From positions 2,176,001-2,240,000 of the forward strand of contig OY970208.1 in the NCBI GenBank assembly GCA_963713865.1: a stretch of DNA of 64,000 bases, in the 5' to 3' direction. The notes under the pieces were generated by a model. That model saw only the letters and a list, made by a program, of their open reading frames with translations, made no database searches and was not told where the DNA came from. The translations under genes were made by a program, and so were the position numbers. The stretch comes from an uncultured candidate division Zixibacteria bacterium. GTDB taxonomy: Bacteria > Zixibacteria > MSB-5A5 > RBG-16-43-9. Below, one piece after another: positions 60,697 through 64,000 of the stretch. Numbering within the stretch: the first letter of the stretch is position 1; each line of letters starts with the position of its first letter.

Positions 60697-61269
60697 CTAA
60701 GACATTACTCTCGTTTGTCGTTTATAGTTCACAACTGAAAATATGAGGATAAGCACAATGGGCATACCTAAAGCTACAGGCAAAACATGGCTGGGGTTTA
60801 AATTGCGCTTGGGTTTAACCTGGAAGCTTATGGTGCCACTGACCTGTGGTATTTCACTCCCCGAACGGATGGCAACAACGATTAACGAATATATTCCTGC
60901 CTTAACAAAGTGAATTTTCCAATTAAGAGGAAGTATTTGATCGGGCTCAATCGTTCCAATATATAATCCTTTTTCACCGCTCCAATCTTCTAAGTCAACT
61001 GGTAGTTTATTCTGGGTATCCACCAGTGATAAATACGTAGTAACGTCAGTAATAAGTTGCTGACTGGTATTTTTTATTTGTGCATTCACGGTGACATAAT
61101 CACCAGCCGTGCCACTCAATTTATCAGATGATAATATTTCTAAGGCTAGAGGATTGCTTTGGGTATGTTGGGATTGTGCATTGAAGCCGATGGCGTTAAG
61201 AGTGAGAACGATAACCGCAATATAGATTAATGTCTTTACCCGATTGTGATATGGATTATGCTTAAACAC
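60697..61269 (-). CDS. Hypothetical exported protein (beta-rich, possibly Ig-like) with C-terminal TM anchor
   Basis: N-terminal hydrophobic segment, beta-rich core, C-terminal TM followed by YKRQ. Confidence 0.7.
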   Translation of the reverse strand: MFKHNPYHNRVKTLIYIAVIVLTLNAIGFNAQSQHTQSNPLALEILSSDKLSGTAGDYVTVNAQIKNTSQQLITDVTTYLSLVDTQNKLPVDLEDWSGEKGLYIGTIEPDQILPLNWKIHFVKAGIYSLIVVAIRSGSEIPQVSGTISFQVKPKRNLNPSHVLPVALGMPIVLILIFSVVNYKRQTRVMS

Positions 61270-62032
61270 TTTTGGTAACTCCTTGCTTCTGAAATCTATT
61301 TAAAGAGAAAATCAAAAAAACGAAAGCTATCACACAAAAGAGAAATAGCGGCCACAAATACCGCCAGTTTTCTAATAAGGATAAGTGGTAGTCAACCAGC
61401 ACATTATCTAGACACTCAAATATATTCTCAAGCGGATTAATTCTTCCCAAGATTAGAGCAAGACTATTGTTTTTTAAAGCGGAAGAAAAAAGCGCGGGAA
61501 CAGACAAAGCCAATAAGATAATCAGTGAAGTAGTAAGTGTATTTTTAGTAGAGCGGTACAGGAATGAAACGCCAAAAGTCAGCATGATCATGCCAGAAAT
61601 TCCGATAGTTCCTAAAAAGAGTACATATCCCAGGAATGGCAAAACAAGGTGGGTTCCAAATGATGTAACTACTATATATGGGATTGCGACCATAGAAATA
61701 GCAAACCAGAGGGTCAGGGAAGCCAATAGTTTACCTAAAATAAAATTTTTGATGTCTACCGGCGCAAGAAATAAACTCTCGGCCGTTTCTTTCTCAAATT
61801 CCGAGTTTATAATAGAAGAAGAGTCAATAGCCACAATCAAAAAAGCCACGCCGATAATGACTTTGCTAAGTAGCCATAGCAATTCAGTCTGGTCAAGAAG
61901 GCTTAACTCTTTATCGGTCAGCAATAAATAGCTGGTAAAGCTGAATAACAGGGAAGCAATCACCAGCCACAAGGTACCTTTCCAGGTGTAAATCTGGGCT
62001 TTGATTTCTTTGAGCCAGAGATATATGACCAT
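61262..62032 (-). CDS. ABC-2 family permease
   Basis: EFEKETAESLFLAPV...ILGKLLA; about six TM segments. Confidence 0.85.
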   Translation of the reverse strand: MVIYLWLKEIKAQIYTWKGTLWLVIASLLFSFTSYLLLTDKELSLLDQTELLWLLSKVIIGVAFLIVAIDSSSIINSEFEKETAESLFLAPVDIKNFILGKLLASLTLWFAISMVAIPYIVVTSFGTHLVLPFLGYVLFLGTIGISGMIMLTFGVSFLYRSTKNTLTTSLIILLALSVPALFSSALKNNSLALILGRINPLENIFECLDNVLVDYHLSLLENWRYLWPLFLFCVIAFVFLIFSLNRFQKQGVTKSV

Positions 62033-62036
62033 TTTA

Positions 62037-62957
62037 TTATCTGCTCGTCAAGTTAAGGAAAATATCGGTCAGGTTGTCACTTTTTGAGCGAAATTCCAAG
62101 ATTTGAATGTGTTTGAGCCGCAACCCGTCAATCAAGGTATTGGCATTTTTAATATCACCTTCATACAGAAACTCGATGATGTCAGAATAGCGCTTTATTT
62201 CGATTACCTGGTTGCCAAGAACCTGATTGTCAATGTCCTTTAAGTCACCTTTGATTTTTAGGTAATAGGTGCTTTTAAGGTTAGTCTTCTGCTGCAGTTC
62301 ATCCATGGTTCCCTGGATAAGAAGCTTGCCTTTATCTATAATGGCAATGCGGGAACATAAATCCGAAACCTCATGCAACAGATGAGAAGAGAGAAAAATT
62401 GTTACCCCATTCCGATTGAATTTTGTAAGCAAATTTTGAATGTCCTCTTGGCCCTGGGGATCAAGGCCTAAGGTCGGTTCATCCAGGAAAAGTATTCTGG
62501 GATTATTAATCAGAGCTCTTGCTAACCCCAATCGTTGTTTCATTCCCCGCGAATATGTCCCGATTTTGTCGGTTTGTCTATTAAGCAAGCCTACTTGGTT
62601 CAGTAACAACTGAATACTTTCTGGTTGCAGGGACTTTCTAACGCTGTAAATGGTTGAAAAGAATTGCAGGTATTCGAAAGCAGTCATCCATTCATAAAAT
62701 CCTCGACTTTCTGGAACAACGCCGATAATCCGGGCAATCTTTTTTCGTTCGTCAATAGTAAAATCATCAATAAGAATTTCTCCATGATCCGGCGGTATGA
62801 TACCCGTGAGCATTCTAATCGTGGAAGTTTTACCCGCACCGTTAGGCCCAACAAAACCAAAAAACTCACCTCGCTCAATGATTAAGTCTATCCCGTCAAC
62901 TGCTTTGACCTGCTGGTATGATTTGCTCAGGTTTTTTACTGAAATGATTGTATTCAC
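62037..62957 (-). CDS. ABC transporter ATP-binding protein
   Basis: GPNGAGKT, YSRGMKQR, LDEPTLGLD, SSHLL; start probably GTG 62957. Confidence 0.93.
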   Translation of the reverse strand: MNTIISVKNLSKSYQQVKAVDGIDLIIERGEFFGFVGPNGAGKTSTIRMLTGIIPPDHGEILIDDFTIDERKKIARIIGVVPESRGFYEWMTAFEYLQFFSTIYSVRKSLQPESIQLLLNQVGLLNRQTDKIGTYSRGMKQRLGLARALINNPRILFLDEPTLGLDPQGQEDIQNLLTKFNRNGVTIFLSSHLLHEVSDLCSRIAIIDKGKLLIQGTMDELQQKTNLKSTYYLKIKGDLKDIDNQVLGNQVIEIKRYSDIIEFLYEGDIKNANTLIDGLRLKHIQILEFRSKSDNLTDIFLNLTSR

Positions 62958-62959
62958 AA

Positions 62960-63157
62960 CTATTCTGTATTTGTATTTCTTGATTTGTGGGTTTTCCAGA
63001 ACACGTTTATTAACATACTCGATATCCCAATAATTATTAAAAACCAACTTACGAAGAAATTTATAACTTCCTGATTATCAGGCACGTCATAAAAGAATTT
63101 CAAATATATCCCAACACCCACAATAGCAAGAGAGATGAAAAGAAAAACCTGTTTCAT
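62960..63157 (-). CDS. Small two-TM membrane protein
   Basis: 65 aa, two hydrophobic helices, packed 1-2 nt from both neighbours. Confidence 0.65.
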   Translation of the reverse strand: MKQVFLFISLAIVGVGIYLKFFYDVPDNQEVINFFVSWFLIIIGISSMLINVFWKTHKSRNTNTE

Positions 63158-63158
63158 A

Positions 63159-63767
63159 TTATTTATTTTCCCAATGAAAAGTATTTGTAACTGACGAAAA
63201 GATGGATGAGAGGGCAGAAAACTCGTTTTGTTTGGTGGTAAAGGTTATAATACAGGCTTCATCTGACCCAGCAATATAGGTTTGGATGGTTTGATATTGT
63301 CCTCCAGTGTGCGTGTTTTGATATAGTAGCTGATAAGCCTCTGCGTCATTCACTATTAGTTTCCTATAATCTATTCTTTTGTAATTACTGACAGTTTTTT
63401 TCAGCTTCGGCTCTTCCTGGCTTAGTACAAAAAGCTCTAAGGTGCTGTTATCGGGAACGTCGGTTAAACTGATGGTCCCACTTCCTCCGCTGAAATTTAA
63501 TGCATATCCGCCTGGTTTGCCCGGGATAACTTGCCATCCTTTTGGAAATTCAAGAGTATAAAAGTTCTCAGGTAAATCCTTGTTGTGGTATGCAATAAAA
63601 GCCATGCTTTTGTTATCGACGGCCACTTTTTGGGAACCAGCAGGTTTAAGGGAAACAGGATTAACTCTAGTCGTTGTTTTTTGGGTCAGCGGACCAAAGG
63701 CATATATAGCCAAACCAATAAGCGCTACAACGGTAAGAACAAGAATTGCGACAATTTTTTTATTCAT
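63159..63767 (-). CDS. Membrane-anchored exported protein, PsbP/Mog1-like
   Basis: N-terminal TM; YTLEFPKGW; C-terminal IITFT...FSSVTNTFHW pattern. Confidence 0.6.
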   Translation of the reverse strand: MNKKIVAILVLTVVALIGLAIYAFGPLTQKTTTRVNPVSLKPAGSQKVAVDNKSMAFIAYHNKDLPENFYTLEFPKGWQVIPGKPGGYALNFSGGSGTISLTDVPDNSTLELFVLSQEEPKLKKTVSNYKRIDYRKLIVNDAEAYQLLYQNTHTGGQYQTIQTYIAGSDEACIITFTTKQNEFSALSSIFSSVTNTFHWENK

Positions 63768-64000
63768 AATAAGCTTCTTTGAATATCCACAAAAAATTAG
63801 TATAATTCCAGTGGCTTAAAATCGCAAGTAGAAATCTCTCCTAATGTGAAGAGGCCAAAAAACAAATCATAGAACGGTTTTTTATTTAGAAACAGGCAAA
63901 GGTCAGTAAGTCTACTTTCCCTCAACAATTTTTGAGCTAGGCTATTCCTCTTTTTATCCTAAATATTCTTGGCTAATGCTATAAATTATTATCATATTCA

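Noticed and set aside
1-64000. tRNA (including tRNA-Sec) or rRNA genes
   Set aside because: No cloverleaf or rRNA-like stretch recognised by eye; not excluded without tRNAscan/Infernal.

Overview
A gene-dense, low-GC bacterial chromosomal segment. The PorV-like, TonB-dependent receptor and parvulin genes suggest a diderm anaerobe, possibly FCB-group/Zixibacteria-like (inference only). Energy and central metabolism dominate: nuoABCD; a TCA block (eukaryotic-type citrate synthase, a LeuC/LeuD-type pair, icd, ndk, korDABC); hdrCB; and a ~26-kb minus-strand run of aldehyde dehydrogenase - arginine synthetase-like arcE - arcC - rocD ... sucCD - second korDABC - hdrA - mvhD - hdrD - hdrA/mvhD. Points the ORF track misses: (1) both HdrA genes read through an in-frame TGA at a conserved Cys position, followed by covarying SECIS-like hairpins, so they are probably selenoproteins; (2) two foreign-looking genes (HEPN-like and membrane) sit inside the hdr operon, bracketed and separated by copies of the hdrD 3' end; (3) three genes each carry one extra base; (4) there is a 48-aa zinc-ribbon ORF; (5) intergenic DNA is full of palindromic repeats (GTAG-REPs with a RAYT, TGTCATT elements, a 13-bp mini-palindrome that also sits in-frame in a gene). 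I recognised no rRNA, tRNA, CRISPR array or integrase. All calls come from motif recognition by eye; no searches were run.
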